Below, one piece after another: positions 62,951-64,000 of a stretch of 64,000 nt of DNA (the stretch's first letter is position 1; the number at the start of each line of letters is the position of its first letter). The stretch is from Strigamia acuminata (lineage: Eukaryota): assembly GCA_949358305.1 (NCBI GenBank), contig OX442314.1, positions 11,098,001 through 11,162,000 on the forward strand. Direction: 5' to 3'. The notes beneath the pieces are model-generated. The model searched no databases and was not told the DNA's origin. It saw only the letters and a list, made by a program, of their open reading frames with translations. The translations under genes were made by a program, and so were the position numbers.

Positions 62951-64000
62951 TTACAACGAACTTTGAGTCGAAATGTTTAGGTCGAAACGATATTTTTGTC
63001 GAAACACGTCGTTAAAACCGTATTTCGTGAGTAAAATTTCACGAAACACGAATGTTTTAATCATTGAATTAATCGGTCAACGCACTTTATTGCCCGACCA
63101 AATTATTAACGCGAATTTAAAATTCGCCTGTCTGGCTCCAAAAAGCAAAGTTTGTTTTGCTTTTATTTCCCAACCAGAGCGCGAAGTAAGAGCAATTAAA
63201 GTGCTTTACGTGTCAAGCTTGAAGGATCAGTCTTTATAGGGCAAGCATTGCAGAACACGGTGTTGCAGTGGTAGAAGAGAGCCGCAGAAACCTGCAGAGT
63301 TGATCAATAACAGCAGTGCGGAGCTGGAATATTCCACTATGCTCCTCCGCGCGCTTCTCCCCGAGTTCTGCACCATTCTCCCGTTCCACCCTCAACTAAA
63401 AGCACCGATTCACTTGAATTTCACTAAAAAAAAAAAAAAAAAATTTCCACTTCCAGTGGTCAAATGAAACAACATTTTGCGCCTTTATTATTATTATTAT
63501 TATTATAAAAAAAAAAAAAAAAAAAAAAAAATATTATCAAGTTTGTCTCTTGCAAGTCATTTTCGAGCTTCCCGGAAATGTCGGTTGGAGATTGGCCAGA
63601 AAGGACCGCCCAATATTTCAATTTACAAGTACCACTCACCTTTTTTTTTTTTTTATTATTTTTATTTATTTGTTTTAATTGCTTCATTTCCTTCTCAGAA
63701 TGAGAGTGACGTCATTTTAATGTCGTTTGTTGAGGAATTTTGTTTACGTTTTACTTGAAAGTTCGATAAGGATGGATTAGCGAATTGCCCATAGGGTTAT
63801 ATTGGCGCTATGAAGACATTAGAGTGGGCGGTGCAATTGGCCAAGCAGACTTGGCAAGAGGATTTGTCCTCGTCTTTTTCGAGCAATTGAATCAAATGTT
63901 GTGTGTTTGTGGCTTAGGGATGTCGGCAAATATTGAAAATATTGCAGTTTTGACGTGTTTGCAAAAGTAATTGTAGAAATGTCTCTTGTTTGTGGAAATT

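Noticed and set aside
63100..63970. Final TTC7 exon or LINE fragment
   Set aside because: No TPR-like C-terminal peptide found. The LINE-like words (KVLYVS, EYSSSA) are too short and lie on opposite strands.

Overview
This is AT-rich, gene-dense animal genomic DNA with many ~55-70 nt GT-AG introns. It looks arthropod-like, but the species cannot be determined from sequence alone. No prokaryotic features or CRISPR arrays are present. Genes from left to right: a GCN2-like eIF2-alpha kinase 5' part (-); POP7/Rpp20 (+); a large secreted Closca-like protein with EAR-type and Q-x-I-x-G-x-K-x-F repeats (+); NDUFAF7 (-); a C14orf119/DUF4508 homolog (+); PNPT1 (+); a tandem array of five APMAP/hemomucin (strictosidine-synthase-like) genes (+) whose long introns are packed with nested MITEs; a small single-TM protein (-); RPS27A (-); NSA2 (-); an unrecognised Cys-rich multi-exon gene (+); a USP22/nonstop 3' fragment (-); an intronless LRR gene (+); a disrupted Ras-family GTPase (-); and TTC7 (+, last exon not seen). 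The most striking system is a compact ribosome-biogenesis unit. One TOP-type non-coding exon appears to splice either to an intronless NSA2 ORF or, skipping it, to RPS27A. The two coding introns of RPS27A each carry a near-identical U58-like C/D snoRNA, and a possible H/ACA RNA lies in the shared first intron. The five-gene array, with divergent metal-ligand positions, and the orphan Cys-rich gene are the best candidates for undescribed biology. Exon coordinates were read by eye and are approximate.
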